This document shows positions 36,268 through 44,999 of a DNA stretch of 64,000 nt, in pieces. Position numbers and translations under genes: made by a program. Under the pieces are notes generated by a model that worked only from the letters and a program-made list of their open reading frames with translations, was not told where the DNA came from and searched no databases. The stretch's first letter is position 1, and each line of letters opens with the position of its first letter. The stretch covers positions 3,024 through 67,023 of the forward strand of contig CABRZC010000002.1 of the NCBI GenBank assembly GCA_902475375.1, given 5' to 3'. The stretch is from an uncultured Collinsella sp. GTDB taxonomy: Bacteria > Actinomycetota > Coriobacteriia > Coriobacteriales > Coriobacteriaceae.

Positions 36268-37641
36268 ATGGACATAACCATCTCCCTTATCACCACCCTC
36301 GTTTTGACCCTCATCAACGGCTACTTCTCTATGTCCGAGATGGCGCTCACCACGGCTAAGCGCGCCGTGTTGGAGCACGATGCCGAGGAAGGCGACAAGC
36401 GCGCCGAGCGCGCCATTAAGCTGGCCGCCGACTCCGACCAGCTGCTCGCCACCATCCAGGTCGCCATCACGCTCGTGGGCTTCGCCTCGTCCGCCGTCGC
36501 CTCGACGAGCCTGTCCGACCCGCTTGCCACGTGGCTCATGAGCTTTGGCATCGCGCCGCTTTCCGCCATCGCGCGCGGCCTGGCGCCGGTCATCATCACC
36601 GTCGCCGTCGCCTTTGTGTCCATCGTGGTTGGCGAGCTTGTGCCCAAGCGCATCGGCCTGGCTAACGCCGAAGGCGTATCCAAGCAGGTCGTGGGACCGC
36701 TCTCCGTGTTCCAAAAGATCGCCCGCCCGCTCGTGTGGCTGACCGGTGCCTGCTCCGACGGCCTGGCCCGTATCCTGCGCATCAAGAGCGCCGACGACCG
36801 CCAAAACGTCTCGGAGGAAGAGATCAAATACATGGTCTCGGAGCAGGACGATTTGCTCGACGAGGAAAAGCGCATGATACACGAGATCTTCGACCTGGGA
36901 GACACCGTTGCCCGCGAGGTCATGGTGCCGCGCGTGGACACCACCATGTGCGAGGACGACGAGACGGTCGCCGACGTGCTGTCCGCCATGCGCCAGACCG
37001 GCTTTAGCCGCATCCCCGTCTATCACGAGGATCCCGACAACGTCGCCGGCATCGCGCACATCAAGGACCTGATTCAGCCTTCGCTCGACGGCAAGGGCGA
37101 CCAGCCCATCGCCGACTTTTTGCGCGACGCCACCTTTGTGCCCGACACCAAGGACATCCTGCCGCTGCTGTCCGAGATGCAGACCTCGCACGACCAGATC
37201 GTAGTGGTCGTGGACGAGTACGGTGGCACGGCCGGCATCATCACCATCGAGGACATCGTCGAGGAGATCGTGGGCGAGATCGAGGACGAGTTCGACCCCG
37301 ACAACAAGTACCTCACGCGCCTTTCGCGCCGCGAGTGGCTCGTCGATGGGCGTTTTTCGTGCGATGACGCGATTGAGCTTGGTTGGCCGCTCGAGGAAAG
37401 CGATGATTATGAGACCATCGCCGGCTGGATTTTGGAGCTTTGCGACTCGGTGCCCGACATCGGAGAGGTGTTTGAGGTTGCGGGGTACAAGTTTAAGGTG
37501 CAGTCGATGCGTGGCCAGCGCATCTCGCTCATTCGCGTGATTGCTCCGGCCGAAACCGATAAGAAGGATTCCGAGCCCTCGGCAGACGAGCCGACGGCGT
37601 CTGGTGCGGGCTCTGCGGACCCGCACGACGGCGACGAGTAG
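36268..37641 (+). CDS. CNNM/CorC/TlyC-family protein (DUF21-CBS pair-CorC_HlyC)
   Basis: An N-terminal 4-TM DUF21 domain (NGYFSMSEMAL), a CBS pair, a C-terminal CorC_HlyC domain (ETIAGWILE...GYKFKVQSMRGQRI), and an acidic tail. Confidence 0.85.
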   Translation: MDITISLITTLVLTLINGYFSMSEMALTTAKRAVLEHDAEEGDKRAERAIKLAADSDQLLATIQVAITLVGFASSAVASTSLSDPLATWLMSFGIAPLSAIARGLAPVIITVAVAFVSIVVGELVPKRIGLANAEGVSKQVVGPLSVFQKIARPLVWLTGACSDGLARILRIKSADDRQNVSEEEIKYMVSEQDDLLDEEKRMIHEIFDLGDTVAREVMVPRVDTTMCEDDETVADVLSAMRQTGFSRIPVYHEDPDNVAGIAHIKDLIQPSLDGKGDQPIADFLRDATFVPDTKDILPLLSEMQTSHDQIVVVVDEYGGTAGIITIEDIVEEIVGEIEDEFDPDNKYLTRLSRREWLVDGRFSCDDAIELGWPLEESDDYETIAGWILELCDSVPDIGEVFEVAGYKFKVQSMRGQRISLIRVIAPAETDKKDSEPSADEPTASGAGSADPHDGDE

Positions 37642-37665
37642 GGTAAGGAAGAGTAGGGGAGAGTT

Positions 37666-38511
37666 ATGGCAGGCCTGTTCAACATCCTTAAGGTCACCGT
37701 CAGCGAGGACAAGATCTGCGCGCACGTGCTGGTGAACCCCGGCATGCCGCTCATGACCTCGGAGGACATCGAGGCCACGGCGCGCGTGTACTACCTGGTA
37801 CCCGCAATTGCCAAGCACCTGTGCCTGGGCGATTCCGGTCGCGAGTTCCAGGACTGCATGGGCCAGACCGAGCTTTGCCATCTGCTGGAGCACGTGACGG
37901 TCGAGCTCATGAACGAGACCGGTCTCGCTGACAGCATTTCGTGCGGCCGCACCCGCGTAAGCGAGCACGATGAGCGCGTCTTTGAGGTCGAGCTTTCGTG
38001 TCCCGACGACGCCCTGGCCATCGGCGCGCTGTCTTCGGCGACCTTTATGATGGATTGGGCCTATCTGCATGCCGACCAGCCCGCTCCCGATGTGGACGGT
38101 ACGGTTGCGGGTTTGCGCAACCTGGTGCTGGGCATGCGCGCCGAGGCCGAGGGTAAAGATCCGCACGAGGCCGTCGCCGCCGCGAACGCCGAGGGTGAGG
38201 CCGGGGGTGCGACCGAGGGCGAGGCGCCTGCCGAGCCTGCCGCCGAGCCTGTCGACGAGGCCCCTGCCGAGGAGACCGTCGAGCCCGAGCCCGCGGAGCC
38301 CCGGGGCGTCCCGAGCTTTGACGCCGAGCCGCAGGAGGTAATCGATACCGAGGGCGCGACCGCCGAGAGCCACGAGGCCCCCGCTGCCGTCTACGGTGGC
38401 GCGGCGACGGCTCCGGTGGCCCCCGCGCGCGAGGGAGCGCTGCCGCTCGTTGACGGCGCCGGCGAGGACCCGGGCGCTACAGTGGCCATGCCTGCCATGC
38501 CGCAGGAGTAG
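37666..38511 (+). CDS. hypothetical protein: Cys/His-containing N-domain plus acidic A/E/P-rich tail
   Basis: 281 codons, tightly spaced after the CNNM gene. I recognise no family. The C-terminal ~120 aa are low complexity. Confidence 0.5.
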   Translation: MAGLFNILKVTVSEDKICAHVLVNPGMPLMTSEDIEATARVYYLVPAIAKHLCLGDSGREFQDCMGQTELCHLLEHVTVELMNETGLADSISCGRTRVSEHDERVFEVELSCPDDALAIGALSSATFMMDWAYLHADQPAPDVDGTVAGLRNLVLGMRAEAEGKDPHEAVAAANAEGEAGGATEGEAPAEPAAEPVDEAPAEETVEPEPAEPRGVPSFDAEPQEVIDTEGATAESHEAPAAVYGGAATAPVAPAREGALPLVDGAGEDPGATVAMPAMPQE

Positions 38512-38590
38512 GCTCACCCGCTTATCACCATCATGTACCTGCGCCTTTACCGTACGCAGATGAGCAAGACGGCAAGCGCTGTGCTGCGGG

Positions 38591-38596
38591 TATAAT
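38591..38596 (+). promoter_or_regulatory. possible -10 box (TATAAT) upstream of the YtxH gene
   Basis: A perfect TATAAT lies 45 nt upstream of ATG 38642. There is no convincing -35. Confidence 0.25.
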
Positions 38597-38641
38597 GGAC
38601 AGCATTCAAACGGTGGGCGCCGAGGTGCCCGCAGGAGAGGA

Positions 38642-39037
38642 ATGAACATGGGTAAGACTTTCAACTTTATCTCGGGTGCGCTCTTCGGTGCTGCCGCCGG
38701 CGCCATCATCGGCGTTGCCCTGGCTCCGCGCTCGGGCGCCGAGACCCGCGCCATGGCTGCCGATATCGCCAATGACGCCTGGGATAACATGCGCGACACC
38801 TACGAGCACGGTGCCGAGGAGGCCCGCGCCGCGGTCAACGATTTTGGCCCGATGGTCGACGCCAAGACCGATGACCTGCGTGCCAAGGTTGACCTTGCCC
38901 GCGAGCGCATGGACCAGCTGCGCGAGCAGCTCAACGACGCCATCTCGGGCGGTAACGTGACGCCCGCCGCCGATGTCGTGGTTGAGAACGCCGTCGAGGC
39001 CGACACCGAGGCCGCGGAGCCTTCGACCGAGGCATAA
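38642..39037 (+). CDS. YtxH-domain protein
   Basis: The N-terminal helix (FISGALFGAAAGAIIGVALAPRSGAETR) is typical of YtxH. The rest is helical and charged. Confidence 0.7.
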   Translation: MNMGKTFNFISGALFGAAAGAIIGVALAPRSGAETRAMAADIANDAWDNMRDTYEHGAEEARAAVNDFGPMVDAKTDDLRAKVDLARERMDQLREQLNDAISGGNVTPAADVVVENAVEADTEAAEPSTEA

Positions 39038-39792
39038 TGCGCGCCGGGGATTTTGTCGGCGCCAAGATCTATCGCAAGCCTACCGAGGATAAGCGCACCA
39101 AAAAAGACGGCACGCCGCGCAGTCCTAAAAAGCTCGGCAAGATTCACTTTCCGGTCTTTACCCCGGGCGGCACGCGCGTGGTGGGCTTTATGGTTCGCCA
39201 GTCCGATATCGCGGGTATGATCGAGCGTCCCGACCGATTTGTGGCGCTCGATGCCATTGGCGTCTACGAGGGCGCCATCGCGGTTGACGACGTCAAGGGC
39301 ACCTACGATACCGCTGCGGCCAAGCGCCTCGACATCAACCTGGATGATTGCATTATCTGGGTTGGCATGGACGTGCGCACGGAGTCGGGCGATGTCGTGG
39401 GCTATTGCTCGGATGTGGAGTTCAAGCCGCGTTCGGGTGTCGTGCAGACGTTCTACGTGACCGCCGGCACTGCCTCGAGTGTGCTGGTGGGCGATACGCA
39501 GATGCCGCCCACGATGCTGCGCGGCTATGCGGACGGCGCGATGATCGTTTCGGACGAGGTCAAGTCGCTCGGGTATTCGGGCGGCGCCGCTGCAAAGGTT
39601 GCCGAGGCAAGCGTCGTGGTGGGCGATAAGGTCAAGAAGGGCGCCAAAGTGCTCGATGACAAGGGATCGGTCGCCGTGGACAAGGGCAGCCGCGCGCTGG
39701 GCAAGCAGCTCGGCAAGACGCGCGGTATGTTCAAGGCCTTTAAGGACGAATACCAAAAGGCGAGCGGGGGCTCGTCGAAAGCTAGCAAATAG
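39037..39792 (+). CDS. PRC-barrel-like protein
   Basis: The start overlaps the previous stop (TAATG). The N-terminus shows a PRC-barrel-like pattern (GDFVGAKIY...GKIHFPVF...VVGFMV). Assignment is tentative. Confidence 0.45.
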   Translation: MRAGDFVGAKIYRKPTEDKRTKKDGTPRSPKKLGKIHFPVFTPGGTRVVGFMVRQSDIAGMIERPDRFVALDAIGVYEGAIAVDDVKGTYDTAAAKRLDINLDDCIIWVGMDVRTESGDVVGYCSDVEFKPRSGVVQTFYVTAGTASSVLVGDTQMPPTMLRGYADGAMIVSDEVKSLGYSGGAAAKVAEASVVVGDKVKKGAKVLDDKGSVAVDKGSRALGKQLGKTRGMFKAFKDEYQKASGGSSKASK

Positions 39793-39864
39793 CGACGTAC
39801 CAAATGATGGGAGGCAAGCCGGAGACCTGTTGCTCCGGCTTGCTGCGTTTATGGGGGAGGGCAC

Positions 39865-41271
39865 ATGCGCCAAAACGGATCATATTCACACGGACGTCCG
39901 GGCGCGCGTCCGACGGCGCGCCGCGATCTGGGGCAGCTGCCCGGCGGTCAGCGCAAGCGTCACCGTAAGCCCGGCGCGATGTATCTCAACCATAGCCGCG
40001 GCTTTAGCGACCGCAGCGCTCGCATCGGCAACAGCCGCACGCCCCGTCGTTCGTCTCGCCTGCCCTATGCGCTCATCGCCGTGGGTTGCGCGCTTGTGTT
40101 GTTTATCGCTGCCGTCGTGGGCTACGTCAACCGCAGCGTGGATGTCGTCCTCAACGGCCAGGAGACTGCGGTGCGCGTCGGCTCTACGCTGCAAAATCTC
40201 ATCGACGACCAGGAACTGACCGATACCTACGACGCCGGGGACCTGCTGGCTGTTGACGACAGCGTGCTGACTCGCCATGGCGGCGAAAAGCTGTCGGTAA
40301 AAGTGGACGGCAAGCGCATAAAACAGGGCAAGTGGAAAAGCCGCGAGCTTACGGGCGGCGAGAAGGTGACGGTCAAAGACGGCCGCGACACGTATGAGAA
40401 GCATGAGGTCCAGGCGACGGTTATCGAGCCCAAGCTCAAGGTCGAGGGCACGGGTGCCATCGAGTACGTTAAGACGTGGGGTATCCAGGGTCGCTCCGAG
40501 GTGTGGGTCGGCGAGCAGTCGGGCAAGACGCAGGACCGCGGCGAGGTCGTGCCCGCCACCGATTGCGTGGTCGAGTGCGCGAGCGTGGCGCCCAAGGGCA
40601 ACGAAAAGTACGTGGCGCTGACGTTTGATGAGGGCCCGAGCGGAGCGACCAAGCAGATCTTGCAGGTGCTCAAGGAAAAGGGCGTCACCGCGACGTTCTT
40701 CCTGTCGGGCGATGCGGCCGAGGCCTCGCCCGCCACGGCCAAGGCGATTGTCGATGCCGGCTGCGAGGTCGGCTCCAACAGTTACAGCGACGAATCGCTC
40801 AAGGGCAAGGATCGCGATGCGGTGCGCGAACAGGTTTCGAAGGGCACCGAGGCGATCAAGTCCGCGACCGGAACGTCGACGATGCTTTTGCGTGCTCCCT
40901 ACGCAGCCTTTGACGAGCAAAACTGGATTGATGCGATGGACCTGGTGTCTGCCGTGGTCTCGTGGAATATCGATTCGGGCGACTGGCTGCTCAACGGTGC
41001 CGACGAGCAGGTCTCGACGGTGCTCGATTCGGTGACGCCGGGCAACATTGTGTTGCTGACCGATAACGATGAATGCGCCGAGCAGACGCTCGAGGCGCTG
41101 CCGCAGATTATCGACGGGCTTATTGCCGACGGCTACAAAATCGTGACATTGAGTGATCTGGTCAAGACGGATACATCGCTGAGCAAAAAGCTCACCTCGC
41201 TGACGAAGGCCGCCATGCCCAAAAACGCCGTGTTCCCCCAGCTCGCCGAAGATGACGACACCACAGAATAG
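39865..41271 (+). CDS. membrane-anchored polysaccharide deacetylase (NodB domain)
   Basis: An Arg-rich N-terminus, one TM helix (LPYALIAVGCALVLFIAAVV), a DUF348-like segment, and a NodB motif region (YVALTFDEGPSG, ATFFLSGD). The start is uncertain; an alternative Met lies at 39979. Confidence 0.75.
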   Translation: MRQNGSYSHGRPGARPTARRDLGQLPGGQRKRHRKPGAMYLNHSRGFSDRSARIGNSRTPRRSSRLPYALIAVGCALVLFIAAVVGYVNRSVDVVLNGQETAVRVGSTLQNLIDDQELTDTYDAGDLLAVDDSVLTRHGGEKLSVKVDGKRIKQGKWKSRELTGGEKVTVKDGRDTYEKHEVQATVIEPKLKVEGTGAIEYVKTWGIQGRSEVWVGEQSGKTQDRGEVVPATDCVVECASVAPKGNEKYVALTFDEGPSGATKQILQVLKEKGVTATFFLSGDAAEASPATAKAIVDAGCEVGSNSYSDESLKGKDRDAVREQVSKGTEAIKSATGTSTMLLRAPYAAFDEQNWIDAMDLVSAVVSWNIDSGDWLLNGADEQVSTVLDSVTPGNIVLLTDNDECAEQTLEALPQIIDGLIADGYKIVTLSDLVKTDTSLSKKLTSLTKAAMPKNAVFPQLAEDDDTTE

Positions 41272-41297
41272 TCATGTAAGAACGTCCCCAATGACTA
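41269..41297. repeat. GGGGAC-box hairpin unit (inverted orientation), overlapping the deacetylase stop codon
   Basis: TAGTCAT-GTAAGAACGTCCCCA-ATGACTA. Its reverse complement is about 90% identical to the unit at 32624-32652. Confidence 0.75.
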
Positions 41298-41591
41298 TGT
41301 CACGGATGCGTCAGCGTTTGGTATGCCTGCGATGTGCGGCGCATAAATTTGGCGCCACGGCGCGATGCTGATGCTATAGTTACTGCGGATAACAAGGGTC
41401 AAGAGAAAGGTTGCAGGTGAAATCCAAACCTCGACCATACAGTCGATGACCCCATGCAAGTGCTTCTTGCGCATGCACGGGGTGTGAGCGCCGAGCGGTG
41501 TGCCGCCCGCGCATGCGTATACATATCTAAAAGTCCACGGATGGCGTGCCGGCATGGCCGCAGTCCGAAGGGATAATGATGGGGAGCACCA

Positions 41592-43436
41592 GTGAATTAT
41601 CTGAGTGAGATGCTCAAGCTGCCGGTCTTGGACGTCGATGGCGAAAAGCTCGGCGTTGTGAACGATTTTGGCATTGCTACCGGCGAAGTTTTTCCGCACG
41701 TGACGTCGCTCGCGTTCCGCGGACCCGGCAAGACGCCATTTATGATCAGCTGGCGCAAATGGGTCGACCGTATCGACGAGACGGGCGTGCACCTTAAGTC
41801 GCCGGCCACCGAAATCCGTTTTTCGTACCTGCAGCCGACCGAACTTTTGCTCGCGCGCGACGTGCTCAACAAGCAGATTGTCGACACGCAGGGCATGAAG
41901 GTCGTGCGCGTCAACGACATCAAGTTTTCCATGTCGGGCGAAAATCAGCTGCGTCTGCTGGGTGCCGAAGTTGGCGCCCGTGGTCTGCTGCGCGCGATCA
42001 GCCCCGCACTCGAACATGTCGTCGAGAGCTTTATGAAGCACCTGGGCAAACCGCTCGGTGAGGACATCATCGCCTGGTCCTACATGGACCTGCTCGACCG
42101 TTCGACTAAAAACATCCAGCTTTCGGTGTCGCACAAGACGCTTGGCGAGCTGCACCCTGCTGACATCGCCGACATTATCGAGCAGCTCGACCCGCGCCTG
42201 CGTGCGCAGGTGTTCGCGCAGCTCGACACCGCCCAGGCCGCCGAGGCCATCTCGGAGTTCGACGACGACGAGCTTATGACCGAGATGCTCGAGGGCCTGT
42301 CCGATACGGACGCATCGTCGATGCTGGCCATGATGGACCCGGACGACGCCGCCGACCTGATCGATGAGCTCGATTACGAGAAGGCCGAGAAGCTGTTGCG
42401 CCTGATGGGCGTTCAGGAGGAGAAGGCGATTCGTAACCTGCTGGGCTATGAGGACAACACTGCCGGTCGCATCATGACCTCGGAGTTTGTCTCCCTGCCC
42501 GCCACGGCGACGGTCGGTGACGCTATCGAGGCGATCCGCAAGCTCGATGAGGACTTCGAGAGCGTCTACTATGTCTATACCGAGGACCCGAGCGGCATGC
42601 TCACCGGCGTCCTTTCGCTGCGCACGCTCATCGTGGCCGACCGCGATGCCACGCTGGGCCAGCTGGCCTATCGCGACCTGGTGTATGTGTCGCCCGACGA
42701 TGACCAGGAAGACGTAACGGACGAGATGACCAAGTACGACCTGGTCGCCATCCCCGTTTGCGACGAGAACCGTCACATCTTGGGTATCGTGACCTTTGAC
42801 GACGCCATGGACGTTATCGCCGAGGAGCACCAGGAGGACCTGCAGATCGCAGGCGTCGGTTCGGGCGATAGCGCGTCCGACGACTCGACGAATGTGCTCA
42901 GCTGGTTTGTGCATCGCCAGTACTGGGTTGTCGTGTGGGGTATTGCCTCGTGCATCATGGCAACAGTGCTGGGAACGGCGCTGGGCTCTGCGCATCTGGT
43001 GGTGTTCCCCATGTGCGCCATGCCGCTCGTGCTGCTGGCTGCCTCGCGTATGGTGTCGTTCGTCAAGAACTACTTTCTGGAGTACGACGGCCATGACGAT
43101 GAGCCCAAGCCGTATCTGGGGTTCTTCTTCCAGAGCACGGGCATGGGCCTGATCCTGTCGCTCGTGACCTACCTGTGCGCCCAGCTGGTGCGCACGGCCG
43201 CATTCCCCGACGCATCCATGTTTGAGGAACAGCTCTTTACCGGCTGCTTTAACATTGCGGCCATCGTTTGTCTGATTGGCAACATGAGCGCCGTGATTTA
43301 CCTGATGGTGCTGTTCTGGCGTGACGAGCACGACCTCAATACGTCGGGTACCGCCATGAACGTCATTGCCGTCATGATCTCGTGCGTGGCGTACTGCATC
43401 GCCGCGGTGCTGCTCACCATGTCGGTCATGGGGTAG
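41592..43436 (+). CDS. MgtE-N/CBS-pair protein with N-terminal PRC-barrel-like domain and non-canonical C-terminal membrane domain
   Basis: GTG start after GGGGAG. The MgtE_N region (LHPADIADIIEQLD, DPDDAADLIDELD) and a CBS pair are clear. The last ~170 aa have 4-5 TM helices, but I cannot find the MgtE pore motifs (PWL..., GGN.G.Q). Confidence 0.75.
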   Translation: MNYLSEMLKLPVLDVDGEKLGVVNDFGIATGEVFPHVTSLAFRGPGKTPFMISWRKWVDRIDETGVHLKSPATEIRFSYLQPTELLLARDVLNKQIVDTQGMKVVRVNDIKFSMSGENQLRLLGAEVGARGLLRAISPALEHVVESFMKHLGKPLGEDIIAWSYMDLLDRSTKNIQLSVSHKTLGELHPADIADIIEQLDPRLRAQVFAQLDTAQAAEAISEFDDDELMTEMLEGLSDTDASSMLAMMDPDDAADLIDELDYEKAEKLLRLMGVQEEKAIRNLLGYEDNTAGRIMTSEFVSLPATATVGDAIEAIRKLDEDFESVYYVYTEDPSGMLTGVLSLRTLIVADRDATLGQLAYRDLVYVSPDDDQEDVTDEMTKYDLVAIPVCDENRHILGIVTFDDAMDVIAEEHQEDLQIAGVGSGDSASDDSTNVLSWFVHRQYWVVVWGIASCIMATVLGTALGSAHLVVFPMCAMPLVLLAASRMVSFVKNYFLEYDGHDDEPKPYLGFFFQSTGMGLILSLVTYLCAQLVRTAAFPDASMFEEQLFTGCFNIAAIVCLIGNMSAVIYLMVLFWRDEHDLNTSGTAMNVIAVMISCVAYCIAAVLLTMSVMG

Positions 43437-43444
43437 GTGGTCGC

Positions 43445-44707
43445 GTGCAAAACACGAAGCAAAAGGCGAGCACCAAGCAAAAGCTGACCATCGCGGCCAT
43501 CTTTGGCGCCATGGGCCCTGGCCTTCTGGCGGCGCTTTCGGGTAATGACGCCGGCGGCATCGCCACGTATTCCAGCGCCGGTGCCAGCTATGGCTACAAG
43601 ATGCTGTGGATGCTTCCCGTCATGACCGTGCTGCTTATCGTGACGCAGGAGACTGCGGCGCGTTGCGGCTGCGTCACAGGCAAGGGCCTGGCGTCGCTCA
43701 TCCGCGAGCGCTTTGGCGTGCGCAGGAGCGTGCTGGCCATGGCGGCGCTGCTGATCGCCAACACGGCCGTTACCATCTCGGAGTTTGCGGGTATCGCGAG
43801 CGGCCTTGCCCTCTTTGGCGTGCCGGCGAGCATCTCGGTGCCGCTGGTGGCACTGCTGGTTTGGATGCTTACCATGTCGGGTAGCTTCCAGCGCATCGAG
43901 AAGATTCTGCTGCTGGTGAGCTGCGTGTTTGTGACCTACATTGTCGCTGCATTTATGGCTGGTCCCAGCTGGGGCGAGGTGGCGGTCGACTTGGTTGTGC
44001 CCAACATCCAAAATGACCCCAGCTACGTGTCGCTTGTGGTCGCAACGATCGGTACCACCATTGCGCCGTGGATGATCTTCTTGGCGCAGAACAACGTGGT
44101 CGATAAGAACGCGGGCGAGGACGATATCGTGCTGCAGCGTATCGACACCGTGAGCGGCTCGATCGCCGCCGATGTCATCGCCGGTTTTATTATCATCACG
44201 ACCGGTACGGTACTGTTCCCCGCGGGCATTCAGATCAGCGATGCTGCCGACGCCGCCCGCGCGTTGGAGCCCATCGCGGGCCAGTGGTCCACGGTGCTGT
44301 TTGCCTCGGGCCTGGTCGCGGCGAGCTTCTTGGCCGCCTGCGTGCTGCCGGGTGTTACATCCAGCGCTATCTGCGAGGCATTTGGCTGGGAGCGCGGCGC
44401 CGATCGCAGCTGGGACGAGGCCCCGGTCTACCGCGGCATCATTACGGCCATCATTGGCATCTCTGCCGTGCTGGTGCTCATGCCCGGTGTCGACCTGTTC
44501 CAGATTATGATGACCTCGCAGGTCATCAACGGCGTGCTTTTGCCCGTGGTTCTGGTGTTCCAGGTGCTTATTGCCGCCGATCGACACATTATGGGCGCCA
44601 ACCGCAACGGCCGCGTGTGGAATGTGCTCACTTGGGCGACTATCGGTGTAATTACGGTGCTGACGGTCGTTATGTTTGTGCTGCAAGCGATGGGCTACAG
44701 CGCGTAG
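43445..44707 (+). CDS. NRAMP/SLC11-family transporter with NRMT-like (Mg2+-type) site substitutions
   Basis: GTG 43445 lies 9 nt after the upstream stop. The TM1 motif reads GNDAGGIAT (canonical DPGN), with DAGG at 43547-43558. The TM6 motif reads GTTIAPWMIF (canonical A..MPH), with A-P-W at 44063-44071. Confidence 0.8.
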   Translation: MQNTKQKASTKQKLTIAAIFGAMGPGLLAALSGNDAGGIATYSSAGASYGYKMLWMLPVMTVLLIVTQETAARCGCVTGKGLASLIRERFGVRRSVLAMAALLIANTAVTISEFAGIASGLALFGVPASISVPLVALLVWMLTMSGSFQRIEKILLLVSCVFVTYIVAAFMAGPSWGEVAVDLVVPNIQNDPSYVSLVVATIGTTIAPWMIFLAQNNVVDKNAGEDDIVLQRIDTVSGSIAADVIAGFIIITTGTVLFPAGIQISDAADAARALEPIAGQWSTVLFASGLVAASFLAACVLPGVTSSAICEAFGWERGADRSWDEAPVYRGIITAIIGISAVLVLMPGVDLFQIMMTSQVINGVLLPVVLVFQVLIAADRHIMGANRNGRVWNVLTWATIGVITVLTVVMFVLQAMGYSA

Positions 44708-44724
44708 CGCCTCTTTTGGATTCT

Positions 44725-44760
44725 AAACAGGCCGTCGCCATGGGCTGCGGCCTGTTTTTT
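44725..44760. terminator. bidirectional rho-independent terminator
   Basis: AAACAGGCCG-13 nt-CGGCCTGTTT followed by further T residues. It lies between convergent genes. Confidence 0.8.
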
Positions 44761-44895
44761 GCCCACGGCCTCTCGGAATCGGTTCGAAAAGAGCAACCTT
44801 GGGGCGTTTGCTGCGGGTGTGGGGCATGGAAACGACGCTCGGGGCGGCGAGGAACTCAGAATTCGGCCGCGGGAGGGCATTCATCGGCCGCGTCA

Positions 44896-44936
44896 GGAGT
44901 GTCCCTGGGTGCCGGCACATAAGGAACGTCCCTAGC
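44896..44936. repeat. GGGGAC-box repeat fragment (inverted)
   Basis: The reverse complement (GGCAGCTAGGGACGTTCCTTATGTGCCGGCACCCAGGGACACTCCT) aligns with 28975-29017 at roughly 33 of 41 positions. Confidence 0.6.
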
Positions 44937-44999
44937 TGCCGGAGGGGGCGTCGGTTGTGGCCGACGCTCCCTCCGGGTGCAAGCTGATTTGACGGTGCG

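Noticed and set aside
36130-38799. 889-aa minus-strand ORF spanning three plus-strand genes. Comparable cases are 18906-20222, 21274-22569, 27638-28792, 30486-31805, 32827-34017, 41295-43331, 43298-44686, 50966-52303 and 52512-53627.
   Set aside because: Each overlaps plus-strand genes that carry clear family signatures (CNNM, hydrogenase subunits, ABC, DUF362, MgtE-N/CBS, NRAMP, GH1). Their products are low-complexity R/G/H/A-rich sequences, which marks them as high-GC antisense artefacts.
41298-41591. M-box (ykoK) Mg2+ riboswitch in the ~300-nt leader of the MgtE-N/CBS gene.
   Set aside because: Two short stretches recall M-box core words: CAAGGGTCAAGAG versus AAUGGGUCAACAG, and GACCATACAGT versus GCCAUACAGU. 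I cannot find the GGUGAGGCU 5' segment, the GAAA-containing junction, or the pairing partner (CUGUAUGG) for the CCAUACAG segment. An Infernal cmscan with RF00380 would settle this; a hit above the gathering threshold would overturn the rejection.
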